From assembly GCA_050273025.1 (NCBI GenBank), contig CP158635.1, forward strand, positions 11,160,001 to 11,224,000: 64,000 nt of DNA, in the 5' to 3' direction. The first letter of the stretch is position 1. Every line of letters begins with the position of its first letter. The DNA is from Cenococcum geophilum. Lineage: Eukaryota. Positions 1 to 11,150 of the stretch are shown in pieces. The translations under genes were made by a program, and so were the position numbers. A model generated the notes under the pieces. The model worked only from the letters and a program-made list of their open reading frames with translations. It ran no database searches and had not been told where the DNA came from.

Positions 1-199
1 TTGGTTGCCAAGCCAGCTTCTCATTGGTTAAAAACAAAACTGCGCGCGGTAAGTTATGGCAGAATCCACGTAACGAACATTAAAATATTATAAACGTTAA
101 AATATCTTAGTATTGCATATTATAAATATTAATATATAGAATTATAGAGGACTTTACATGCGTCTAATATATCTACTTTGCAGCCTCTTACGGGCTGTA

Positions 200-1750
200 T
201 GGGCAGAGGAGTAGCGATTATAAGCTCTGTAGCTGTATAGAGGCCTGAAGCTTTGCGAGAGCTCCCTTAGGGGGAAGTACACGGAGCTCTCACGGAGCTC
301 TACTAAAGCTCTGCAAAAGCTCTGTACGAAGCTCCGTAAAAGCTCTACCAAAAGCTCTACTAAAGGCTTTGCAGCACCTCTGCCCACCTAGTGTACTGGC
401 TACGCAGTAAATGGAGTACGTAGTGCGTAGGGGGTCTAAGGGATCTCCCCCTTGAAGCTCTGCTTGAAGCCCTATACAAAGCTCTAAAGCTCTTCTAATA
501 CGCAGCACTAATATACTAGGAAGGTTCTGTAATCGGCCGTATAACTACCTATATAATTAATTGCCGTATAATTGTCTCTACGAACAGCTCTATAAACGTC
601 TACACGATCGCCCGTACAAACGCCCATATAATCGATTAATTAAACGTCCATATAATGGCCCATACAATCGTCTCCACAAACGTCTCTTTAATTAATTACC
701 CTTACAAGCGTTTGCACCCTATACGCCTACACATGGCTCTATAAAAGCCCTACACGAAGCTCTACGCAAGGCTCTATATAAAGCTTTATACAAAGGTCTA
801 CAAAAGCTCTACTAAAAGCTCTACTAAAAGCTCTACTAAAAGCTCTACTAAAAGCTCTACTAAAGTCTCTACTAAAGCCTCTGTAAAAGCTCTGCCTACG
901 CAGTGAATAGAGCACGCAGTGCGTAGGGGGGGGGGTCCAAGGGGGTCTCCCCCTTGAGCTGCTCAAAGCTCTACTAACGCAGCACTGATATACTAGGAAG
1001 TCTTACAGTTGTCTCTACAAATGTCTCTATAAACGCCTTTACAATGGCTCTATAATTGCCTATATAATCGTCTGTGTAAATATCTCTACAAACGTTTATA
1101 TAATTAATTAATCGTCTATATAAACGCCCGTATAAACGCCTATACAATCGATTAATTAAACGTATATAATTAATCAATCAAACGTCCATATAATTGCCTA
1201 TACGATTATCTCTATAAACGTCTCTGTAGTTAATCGCCCAAGCGAATGCCTGATGTGGCTCTGTATAAGGCTCTGCATGAAGCTCTACCGAAGCTCTGCA
1301 CGAAGCTCTACCGAAGCTCTGTATAAAGCTCTACTGAAGCTCTACCGAAGCTCTGCAAAAGCTCTATAAAGGCTCTATACGAACCTCCATGCGAAGCTCT
1401 ACCAAACGCTCTACCAAAACCTCTATAAGAGCTTTACCCACGTAGTGAATAGAGCACGCAGTGCGCAGGGGGAGTCTAAGGGGGTCTCCCCCTTGAGCTC
1501 AAAGCTCTACTTAAAGCTCTACTTCGGGCTTAATACGGAGCTCCAGTACTGATATACTAAGAAGGCTCTATAATTGTCTGCACGTCTATATATCTGCACG
1601 TCTACACGTCTACATGTCTGCACGTCTGCACGTCTGCAAGTCTGCACGTCTGCACGTGGCTTTGCACAAGGCTCTGCATAAAGCTCTACACAAGGCTTTA
1701 CCAAAGCTCTGCACAAGGCTCTACTAAAACTTTGCATGAGGCTTTACTAA
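200..1750. repeat. Composite minisatellite: arrays of ~11-12-bp AAAGCTCTACT-like units, 12-bp TATA(A)ACG/ATCG-type units and 8-bp GTCTGCAC units, with three copies of a conserved ~60-bp hairpin block
   Basis: AAAGCTCTACT repeats, perfect at 803-865. GTCTGCAC-type units at 1576-1656. Block ACGCAGTGAATAGAGCACGCAGTGCGTAGGGGG..TCCAAGGGGGTCTCCCCCTTG at ~401-456, ~897-960 and ~1439-1500. The array resumes at 6391-6420 after the Ngaro insertion. Confidence 0.85.
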
Positions 1751-2095
1751 ATGATAGGGTCTATAGGGAGTCACGTGTCCCACAGCGCACGGCTTAAAGT
1801 CTCTACATGAAGAACTTTAAGCAGCAACAACATTATCTAATTGAATTCGAATATGCTAGTTCTCGTCAATTGAAGCTGCTATTGATTTATTCATTTAGAT
1901 CTTATTTAACCGTTAAATCTCCTCCCTTAAAGCCTTGAATTCAGGCCGTTACCGTTGCTCCTCTCCGCCATCCTATATTTATCCCGTCTACTCCTTATAA
2001 CAAATTCTTTTGAAGATGCTCCTGCATACAGTATATGCTTTTATTCGCGTGTTCTTGATAGCGAAGGCTCGCAGACGCGTTGCCCCTCCATTACG

Positions 2096-3019
2096 ATGGC
2101 CCCTACGCCCTCCGCCGCAGCCATAGCTGCAGCTAAAAAGCGCCTATAGGATATTTATGAATAAGAGCTAAAAGACCGTAAGCAGGAGCGCGCTTATAAG
2201 GCGGCTTTAAACCAGGCTACCCTTAAAGTACTTACTACTTCTATAACCTAGGCAAAGTTAGCCACGGAAGAAATACACTAGGCTTAGCTTGCCGCCATTA
2301 AGAAGAACCCTACCATAATTAACGCGGTAGAGACTAACTCCGGTAAGTCTTTTCTCCCTCCTACTATAAAGAGCCTAGACTTGCTTCTTCCTAGGATCCC
2401 AGTCTCCGAAGTTGCCGTAATCTAAAAGGATATATTTATTCCAGAGAACCTTATAAAGCTACGTAATAACCTATTTAGAATTAACTCTAATTGAATAGAG
2501 TTAACGGTAGATAGAAGAGTTATTACCTTTAGTAAGGGCTCTAGAAAGGACTTCTCCTCTATAGGCATTTAGCTTAAGGGTTTTACTAACTATGGTATTA
2601 TTGTCCAAACCCTCTAGGCTATATTAACCCCCTTAGCTATTACAATGGCAAAATTCCACTAAGCCATTATAGGTTTCTCTGCACAGTTTATCTGGAATAG
2701 CGTCCTTAATTTAGCTATGGTTGTCCACTAAAGAGCTATAAGGCTTAGTTAAACTAACCCTACTAACTAGGCTATTTCTATTAAACTATAAGCAGCTAAC
2801 TACAACTTCGCTACCCTGCGCCCGGCCCTATTATCCTCCTATAGTATTTTATTATCTAAACGCCCTTAGGTAGATATATCTACCTTATCCCTATAGGGCT
2901 AGATATGCGGTAATTAGAATATAGGCCGTCCGTGCTTTAAATTGCTATGCTTTTATTAATATCTTTATAAAGCATATAGAGGAAATCACGTTAAGAAAGA
3001 CTGTAAGGAGTCTCCGTAA
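2096..3019 (+). pseudogene. Ngaro gag-like ORF1 (RIP stops)
   Basis: ATG GCC CCT ACG at 2096 is in frame with TAA at 3017-3019. C-terminal Cys/His cluster de-RIPs to ICGNWNxGRPCFKLPCxHxHxCxACxGNHxKKDC (2902-3006). Confidence 0.75.
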
Positions 3020-4720
3020 TAATTTATACCCCCTCTATACCTAAACTTAACGCCAAGATTTAAGGTATTTACCCCAGGGTATCTATTTTATACTTCGCCG
3101 TCGCTATTAAACGCGCTAGCCTAGAGGGATAAGCTACTCCTATACCCTAGAGATCTCGGCCCCTTAATTAAGGGTATCCTAATATATAGCGCACAGATTG
3201 GAGTTACTGCCTTATTACTAGTACGTATATATTTAAATTAACTCCCATCCAATGCCAACCCGGGGGTAATTACTGTAAAAATTGCTACTAATCTGCCTAT
3301 TGGCCGTATCGCTATTTATCCGCCTAAAGCGATTTACTATTCCCCCTTAGGACTCGTACCTAAGCTAAATAGAACCCTCCGCCGTATTTATAATCTTTCT
3401 TCACCTAAGCCTTACCGAGGCCTTTCCGTTAACGCCGCTATTCTAAAGGCCTACTCTACCCTTACTTATAGCACCATAGATAATATTTTAGCACTTATCC
3501 TCCTTGCTAGAAGGGGAGCCGTTATCCTTAAACGCGATCTTAAAGATGCTTTTTAGAATATCCCGGTCACTATTACCAATTAACGCCTACTGGGTTTTAA
3601 GTAGGAGAAGACAGTATACACCAAATGCTGCCTCCCCTTTAGTCTAGCTACTGCGCCTTTCCTTTTTAACCTTTTTGCAGAAGCCCTATATTAGATTTTT
3701 AAACGCCGCCTTTATTTAATCATCGCTTTTTTTACGCTAGTTTATTATCTAGATAACTTTATATTTATCCTACGCCTAGGCACTAGTTATATACCAGTAG
3801 CTTATATATATAACTTTATAATTATACTACTTGGTTTCCCTTCTAACACTACTAAAGACTCCTATAGTATGGTGTTAGATATGCTAGGTTATTAAATTAA
3901 CACTAATACTTTCTTCTTATCTCTTAGCCCTATTAAGTAGATAGCACTATAAGATCTACTCGCCTCCTTTATCCTTAGGCCCTAAGTTTCTTTTAAATAG
4001 TGCTAGCAACTTAGAGGTAGCCTTGCTTGGGCCGTAAAAGTTATCTAATTAGGGTAATCTTACTTAAGATCGCTATAGGACCTTATTATAGCTTTCTCTC
4101 TTATAAATTGCCGTACTTTACCTATTCCGCTAGCGGTAATCTCTAACCTAGCTTGGTGGAGTGAAGCCCTAGCGCTTTAAAATGGGGTTTGTTTCTTTTA
4201 GGAGGATATTACTCGCCCCTAGATCTATCTTTTTACGGATGCCTTATCTAAATATGGTTACGCTAGCTTCTTCTATAGCTGCCTAGGCTACACCTCCGCC
4301 GAGACCCATTCTACTCCTTATAGTTAATGGCGCCTTTATACCTCTACGCTGCTATAAGATAACCTCTTTGCAGTATCTCCTGCCCCTAAGTACCTCCATG
4401 CCCATATTAATGTGCTTAAAGTACTCGCTATTACTAACGCATTTGTGAAATAGAGCCCTGCCTGGTAATATTTATTTGTTTACGTCTATACGGACAATAC
4501 AGTCGCCCTTATAGGCCTGTAAAATACAGTACTTAAAGGCCCTGCCAATTTGCTCCTTTGATAAATCTTAGTCTAGGCCGCCGCATTTAATATCTAGTTA
4601 TAATCTTCCTGGATTTTATCTAAAGATAATATACTAGCTAACGCACTCTCTCGCTTTAACTAGGCTACAGTCAAAAATCTTTATCCTTAGATTAATCTCT
4701 TAGTGCTAACGGCCTATCTT
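3020..4720 (+). pseudogene. Ngaro reverse transcriptase-RNase H (RIP stops)
   Basis: SPLGLVPK (~3341), KRDLKDAF (3530), LPF(G)LATAP (~3632), YLD(D)F (3746), FTDA (4231), HINVL(E) (4403), YTDN (4487), LA(D)ALSR (4634). Bracketed residues are restored from RIP transitions. Confidence 0.85.
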
Positions 4721-5770
4721 TAGGCTCGCTTATTAACCTACTGGGCCCGCCGCCTACTTTCATTACCTAATTAGGCCAATCTTACTTGGTTTCAAGCCTC
4801 TTATAGCACGGCATTAAGCCTAACACCCGTAAGATGTATACCTTAGGTACAAAGTCGTAGGAGTTCTTTTGCGCTATAAGGGCTGTGGCACTATATCTAG
4901 CCTAGTTACCCAATCTTATAGAATGGGTAGTATAGAGGACATATAGCAACAGTTCTCCGTATATAGGTAGGGTAGCTTTAAAGACCTTACGCTTATACCT
5001 TACTGCGATCTACTCTATATATATTAACCGCATTCTCCTAGTTACAGTATTTAAGAATACGTCACTTCGTCGCATACTAGATAGGGTAACTTCTCTTAAC
5101 CCTAACCTAAAAGAAGCCACCCCGAAGTTGCTAATCTTATGTAGCATCCTTACTAAGATCGCGACTAGCAGTAACTTAATCCTAGGGGTAAATACCAACG
5201 CTGCCTTCTACCTCGCATTTGTAGGGTACCTCCGTATGGGCAAAATCTCCTATACTAATAAGCAACGGTCTAAACCGTTATTTACTGCAACTAAAGCTAC
5301 TCGCTTAGACGTACAGTTTAGCCCCTCTAAAAATTACCTTACCTTCCGTCTTAAACGGAGCAAGACTAATAAAGATAAGCAGGGCGTTTAAATTATAGTA
5401 GCCGCCACCTTTGACGCGGTTTGCCCTATAGTAGCACTATAGAGGCTTTTTCTTCTGGACCCCTAAGCTCCCTCCACGCCGCTATTTACCGCATCTAGTG
5501 GTGCGGCGTTCTCCGCCTTATACGCGTAAAGGATGCTTAAATTAAGGCTAAACCTCTATAGTATTCCAGCTGCACAGTATACAGGTTATAGCTTCCGCAG
5601 GGGCGCGGCCTAATACGCCCTAGACTACGGCTTCTCTAACGAAGAGGTCTAACGCCTAGGCCGCTGGACGTTAGATACTTTCCGCCTTTATTGCTTAACC
5701 TCACAGGCCAACGCCTTCCGCCTTTTATAAAGGTTTTAACTAGGTACCCCGCCAGCGTTCTCTTTAACTT
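4720..5770 (+). pseudogene. Ngaro tyrosine recombinase (RIP stops)
   Basis: AFVGYLRMG(E) (5215-5245), KRSKT(D) (5354), TG(H)SFRRGAA (5581-5610), LGRWT(S)DTFRLY (5656-5691). These give the R-K-HxxR-W-Y catalytic set. Boundaries are approximate. Confidence 0.88.
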
Positions 5771-6618
5771 AGCCTCGCGTATAAGGCGATACCTAAAACA
5801 CATCTCTCTACACCCATTTTTCTCTCTATTTGGCTGCGGTCACGCTTCGCTCTCCTTAGACTATAGGCTTATAAATTTAGGGCTATTTTTCCTGCTTTTT
5901 ACAGTAAAAACTGCTTATAAAAGCTGGAAAACAAGCCCGCTATTTATAGGCCCCTAAGCCGTAGCCACCAATTAAAAAATTGACAAAAATGCACGTGTTT
6001 AAAGAGATAGATAATAGGGTCTATAGGGAGTCACGTATCCCACAGCGCACGGCTTAAAGTCTCTACATGAAGAACTTTAAGCAGCAACAATATTATCTAA
6101 TTAAATTCGAATATGCTAGTTCTCATTAATTGAAGCTGCTGTTAATTCACCCGCCCACCCAAGCGTTCGCTTTTTCACCTTATATGTATATATATAGCTC
6201 ATGCCCTACTTCTTATAAGTACGCACTTTCGCTAGTTGGACCATGGGCTTGCAAATTCAGGGCTATTTTTCCTGCTTTTTACAGTAAAAACTACTTACAA
6301 AAGCTGGAAAACAAGCCCGCCATTTACAGGCCCCTGAGCCGCAGCCACCAATCAAAAAATTGACAAAAATGCACGTGTTTGAAGAGATAGAACTCTACAT
6401 AAGGCTCTGCCCAAAGCTTACCCCCGGGTCAAAATTTTCGTTGGGGGGTACCAACGATCCGCATGTTAAAAATATCCTGTGTACAGAGGCTAGATAATCC
6501 ACGCCTTTTAATGGAAGATCTAATCAACGCGATTGGGAGATTGAGCAGAAATATTACGTCAAATATAGTTGAGTTGAGATACTATATATGGCACTAAAAA
6601 TATAGCATCGTTTCTCGA

Positions 6619-7857
6619 CTACGAGATTGACTTGATAAATGGATGCTGCAAAGCCTCTTCAGCAGTCGGTCGCCGAGTCGGATCAATAACCAAGAGATGC
6701 TCGAGAAAGTCAATACATTCCCGCGAGCATACGTCTCGGGGAAGCTGCTCCAATTCCTGTCGTAAAGACTTTAAGGTTACGTAGGGGGTTAGCTGCCCTG
6801 TCTGGGGATGCTGATACTCTGACTCTTCGAGGTCGTGTGCGAGTTCAAATTCGTCCTTATAATTCGGATCCTCGGGTACCTCTATGGGCCCTATAAGTCT
6901 AACTATTTTGGCGAGGCACCAAGCGGTTCTGTGATCTTGAATGATCTTATCTCGGGGACCGAACAAGGTGCGCGACATAAGCCAGTGAACCAGCTACCAG
7001 CGTTAGAAAGCTTCGAGATAGATAAAAATTGAGCCACACTAAACGTACGCTCACTCCTAGAGACCAGATATCAGAGGCATGCCAAACTCCAAGACCTTTC
7101 CACACCTCTGGAGCACGTGTTTCGTGGGTTTGCGCATTAGGATTGTTTTTTGCAACACCTTCCGCAAAGGCTTGTCTTAACTTAGCAAAAGCCCGCCGCA
7201 CTATAGTAATATGCCATGGACTCACCGTTATCTAGGTCGCCAAGTTTGACTGTGGGTGTAGATTGATCTAAGTTCGACACGAATATATTATTCGGGTTTA
7301 CATCTGATTTATTGCGAATGGGTAGTTAGAGGGATAATAAAAGCAAGGCCGTAAAACTTACCTGTATGCACAGCATGGAGTCTCTGAAAGACCACTAAAG
7401 CTTCGAGGACGGACTTTGCCACGACCTGAGGCAGCCTTGGATTCGTTAACTTGCCGTATGGTCGGAGTTGCCATAGGTCGGTATCCATCCACTCTAAAAC
7501 CAGCCTCGTCTTGATGTTAGGGTCGGACGGAAAATTCTGCTCATTTTCTTTCCTGTCAATGATATCCTCGAGCTGTCGGATATAAGGGCATGCTAGAATA
7601 GCAGGCACTTGATGATTCCGTATTTCTCGTTCTCGCAATATATCTTTGGTAACGACTCTAGAGCTTTATAAGTCATATTTCTAATGTGACGCTAGCAAAA
7701 GATCTTACGGCTTGTAAGTAACATCGGAGGACGAAAGTGGGAAACAGTCTAGAGACGGTAAAACCCTCGCTTTGAGCACAAATGGTTCCTTTAGGACCTC
7801 GAGGATTTCATAAGAAGCTTTGCGGCCTTTAAGGACACGATTGATTGAAGACGTCAT
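6619..7857 (-). CDS. Intact 5-exon Ser/Thr protein kinase (CMGC/SRPK-like fungal kinase), 339 aa
   Basis: Exons 7857-7709, 7657-7362, 7303-7226, 7170-7049, 6993-6619 total 1020 nt in one open frame. All introns are GT..AG (51-58 nt). Motifs: LVLEWMD, HTDVNPNN, KLGDLD, RAPEVW, SDIWSLG, RRPTAEEALQHPF. No RIP signature. Confidence 0.88.
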
Positions 7858-9049
7858 TCACGTCAGCTGATCTAAACGACTGGGCTAGGGTACATATGGG
7901 CAAAAAGGGTCGCAGGCAAAAAAGGCCATGTATACGACCGAGGGTATAGCTAAGGAAAATAAAGGGAATTTTAAAGAGATCGTGTAAGCGTCTTAGATAC
8001 CTAGAAGTAAAAATAGAAGTTCGGGGCTAAATGGATTTCCTAGACCTCGTCCGAGGTTTAACCGCGCACTAAACCGTTTTAGCTTAAACCTTTATTAAAA
8101 AGTTCTAGTACGCGCTTTGGATTTTATATCGTATATATACTAAAAGATCTTTAGGTAAGCCTAAGAATTAGTTAAAATTTGGTCCTAGTTACCTAATAGG
8201 GGATATACTACCTTACGTGCTATCCTATTAAATTCGCGACCGACTAACCTCTTTTTTACCCCTTACTGCTTAAATATCTTTTATCTTCTACCTAGTTACT
8301 ACTCTCTATCTACTACCTAAATACCTTCTAATTATATATTTTATACTACTTATAAATAGTATCCGTGGCCTTCGTAGCTGCGCCTTGACCACCCACCCGA
8401 AGGGTGGGTGGTGGATATCCAAATCGCCAGGACACCTCAATCGCCAGAGTTTAAAAGAATTAATTATATAACACCACCACATTAACAATTATAAGTCTTT
8501 CTACTGCTTATACGCTTTATTATATTTATTATATTTATCCCTAGCGTTATTAAAAGTCTTAAGCTCTAGTATTAGTGATTTAGCCTTCTTTTTACGCTTA
8601 TTTGTGAGCTTTTTTTTTAATCTATTTTTCTTTTTTTAGCTAATAAACGGCCTTTAGCTATTATAATTACCCCAAATTTTTATATAACCTTTTCAGTATT
8701 GACTTTTTACTTTTAGCATTACTTAATTTTAATTTTAGTGTTTTTTAATTACTATTTAAAGGGTTTAAAAGCTTAAAATTAGGTATTTGCTTTATAGACA
8801 TATTTTTATATAGCCTTATTTAGGTTTTTATTTTCCTATTTTTACTAATTATATTTAATATACTAAGTTAAGTTACTTATCTACCTAATTATCTTTAATA
8901 TAATAATATTAATAGTCTTTAATATTAAGTTTTTTTTTGTATAGTCTTATATAATAAAAGCAGTTTATTAAATACTTTTTTAGGCTAAGTAGGTAAAGTA
9001 TAGCCTCTATAAACACTACTTTAGTTATTATTTTTGTAAATATATATTT

Positions 9050-10072
9050 ATTATTATTCATTCATTGCTTAATGTCTGATACGGATCCTATGCGGCCCAC
9101 GCAGACTACTCCATACATAGGGGAAACTTATAAATTTATAGGAAGAAAACCCCTGATATATTGGGGGAGGAAAAACCCTATGAGCCACCTCAGTAGGATA
9201 AAAAACCCCGAATTACCATGCCTGTACGTAGCAGCAGCCCTACGGGCCTACAGCTACGTCCTCCTCCTTAGATGTTTTAAACTCCTTAGGAACTACTGCT
9301 TCCTTCTTTAGCTTATCCAAAGCTAGGGTTCACTACGTCCTAGCTAGGCCTTGCTAATTAATTACCGTGTGCTTATAGTTGTGTCCTATATCTTAACCAC
9401 CCCCTATATACTATCTCTTATTAACTATTACCATATACGCCTTGCCTCCCCCCCCCTAAGGCCTATTAAAGGCGTAAGGGGGATTTATCCGTTCTACTAT
9501 CCTAATACTAAAAGCCGAGAGCGGGATGTGTGTATATATATTTAGGTATCTTTTATACCTAGGCCCTAGTTACTAGGCCCTCTCTAAGGGCACTACTCTA
9601 TTAAGAGGAGACAAGGAAAACCATACGGGGTTATCCGGCTACCGGTTTCAGTAGTATTATAGCAGTATAGCGAGTGACCGCATACTCCGCGGGCGATCGC
9701 CTTAGGGGTTAGGAGGGGCCGTATATTTACTTATTTATTTGTTCGTTCGCTCATTTATTAATATAAGGTTATTAATGCCTTTAACTGGGGGTCAGGGGAT
9801 GTTATTAAATACTAAGCATCTATATTAGATCATACAGGTGCCCTAGATAGGAGAATAGTGTAGTAGTCGTTATATTATAGAGGGCCAACAGTAGTGGTTT
9901 TTAAGATCTCACCATCCAAAAAATTTTCACCACCGCCCTTAACGCCTACAACCACCACCAGGTCCTATCCGCACGCTATGCGACGTCTCTGCGTTGGCTC
10001 TAGGTCTAAACTTCGAAGACCCAGGTTCGTAGCCGTTACCACGTATAGGTGCAGAGTCCGGTTTCGACGGCC
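9050..10072 (-). mobile_element. Non-autonomous SINE-like retroposon: HDV-like ribozyme head, non-coding body, LINE-like 3' tail
   Basis: 17-bp TSD TTTGTAAATATATATTT at 9033-9049 and 10073-10089. The 3' ~100 nt (GGAGTAGTCTGCGTGGGCC..GGATCC..TTAAGCAATGAA plus an AAT tail) match the LINE 3' end at 54457-54560. No credible ORF. Confidence 0.85.
9987..10072 (-). ncRNA. HDV-like self-cleaving ribozyme fold (nested double pseudoknot), RIP-mutated at 3 positions
   Basis: Minus strand: P1 GGCCGTC, J1/2 GAAACCGGA, P2 CTCTGC, P3 ACC, L3 TATACGT, P3' GGT, P1' AACGGCT, P1.1' AC, GAAC, P4 CTGGGTCT..AGACCTAG, AG, J4/2 CCAAC, P2' GCAGAG. G1.U wobble, L3 U..CG and catalytic C (9997) followed by xAA are all in the canonical order. 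Confidence 0.85.
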
Positions 10073-11150
10073 TTTGTAAATATATATTTTAGAAGTATAT
10101 AGCCTATTTAGTACTATAAATAAATAGTAGTTTAGTAAAATCTATATAACAGTTAACAGGGATATAATTAATAAATTATTTAAGCATAAAAATGCTAAGG
10201 CGTTACCTAATAATATTTTTTTTAATATTATTTATAATATAATACTTCCTTTTTTATAATTATTAAGTTATCTACTTATTATAGATCAATTTAATTAAGA
10301 CTTTTGTCTAGTAACGCGTTATTTAATGCGACCGTATAAATTATAAATTTTATGCATTACCTTTATAATTAAAAAATATATACTATTATAGATGGCTTAA
10401 GTAAGGCAAGCGACCTAGTTTTCAATTCATAGATAATTACTTATTGTGGTGGTTGTGTAGTAATTAAATATTTAAGAAAGTTGATTAATTCTGGCGATTG
10501 AGGTGTCCTGGCGATTTGGATATCCACCACCTACCCTTCGGGTGGGTAGTCAAGGCGCAGCTACGAAGGCCACGGATATAACTCTTTTACTAACTTTATA
10601 ACATATTATTATAGAGCTCTATATAAGACCTATAACTTTTATAGAGTATAATTCTTTATTTACTCTTTTTTAATATACTACCTTTTTAACTCTATATATA
10701 AGAGAGAAAAAATGGATAGTTTTATTAATAGCCTTTAGCAGACCTTCCGCAGCCTATAAACTAAACTATAGCCGCTACTACCGCCACTACTACTTCCGCC
10801 GCTACTTCTCCCTCTACTTCTCTCCTCCTTATACTGCCTATATTAATCTAGCTATAACTACCTATATTAATTTAGCCGTAACCTACTATAATTAACCCTA
10901 TTATAGGCTAGTTAAATATTAGGCCTATTATTACAGTCCGCCCTATTACGGAGCAGCTAAATCTTAGTTTTATAAACGTTATATATAACTTCTACATAGC
11001 CCTATATTAAATTAATAAATATATTAATATATCGCAGTCTAGTAATCTATAATTTAAAGCCTACTATAAGCGTAGTAATATAAACCTCTTTCTATTCTAG
11101 CTTCCGTTAAAATATCTACGCAAACTTTTAGAGTCCTATAGTACTTTTAC

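Larger units (their letters stand above)
1751..6390 (+). mobile_element. Ngaro-type (DIRS order) tyrosine-recombinase retrotransposon, full-length, RIP-inactivated
   Basis: Split direct repeats in A1-[ORFs]-B1-A2-(spacer)-B2 order: A1 1751-1897 = A2 6011-6157; B1 5856-6010 = B2 6236-6390. gag, RT/RNase H and YR motifs lie inside. No TSD; the flanking repeat array reads through when the element is removed. Confidence 0.93.
8362..10576 (-). mobile_element. Tc1/mariner-superfamily (pogo/Fot1-like) DNA transposon, internally deleted, RIPed, with a nested retroposon
   Basis: 90-bp TIRs at 8362-8451 and 10487-10576 (3 transitions). TA target duplication at 8360-8361 and 10577-10578. About 1.17 kb remains after removing the insert. 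Very AT-rich transposase remnant on the minus strand; the subfamily call is tentative. Confidence 0.8.

Noticed and set aside
154..1737. Short ORFs with RAFS/LYRR/RADVQTC repeats
   Set aside because: They are translations of the minisatellite arrays, with no coding evidence.
6835..7235. Plus-strand ORFs 6835-7032 and 7029-7235
   Set aside because: Shadow ORFs antisense to the kinase exons.
9990..10050. tRNA-type Pol III A/B boxes in the retroposon head
   Set aside because: Only weak matches (TGGTAACGG, GTTTAGACC) and no cloverleaf. The HDV-like fold explains the same bases much better.
9630..10066. Hammerhead ribozyme (GAAAC motifs at ~10065 and ~9648, minus)
   Set aside because: No CTGATGA core or correctly placed NUH site, even allowing for RIP.
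10712..11150. Possible gene fragment starting ATGGAT at 10712
   Set aside because: RIPed, low-complexity, cut by the LTR, and no recognisable motif.
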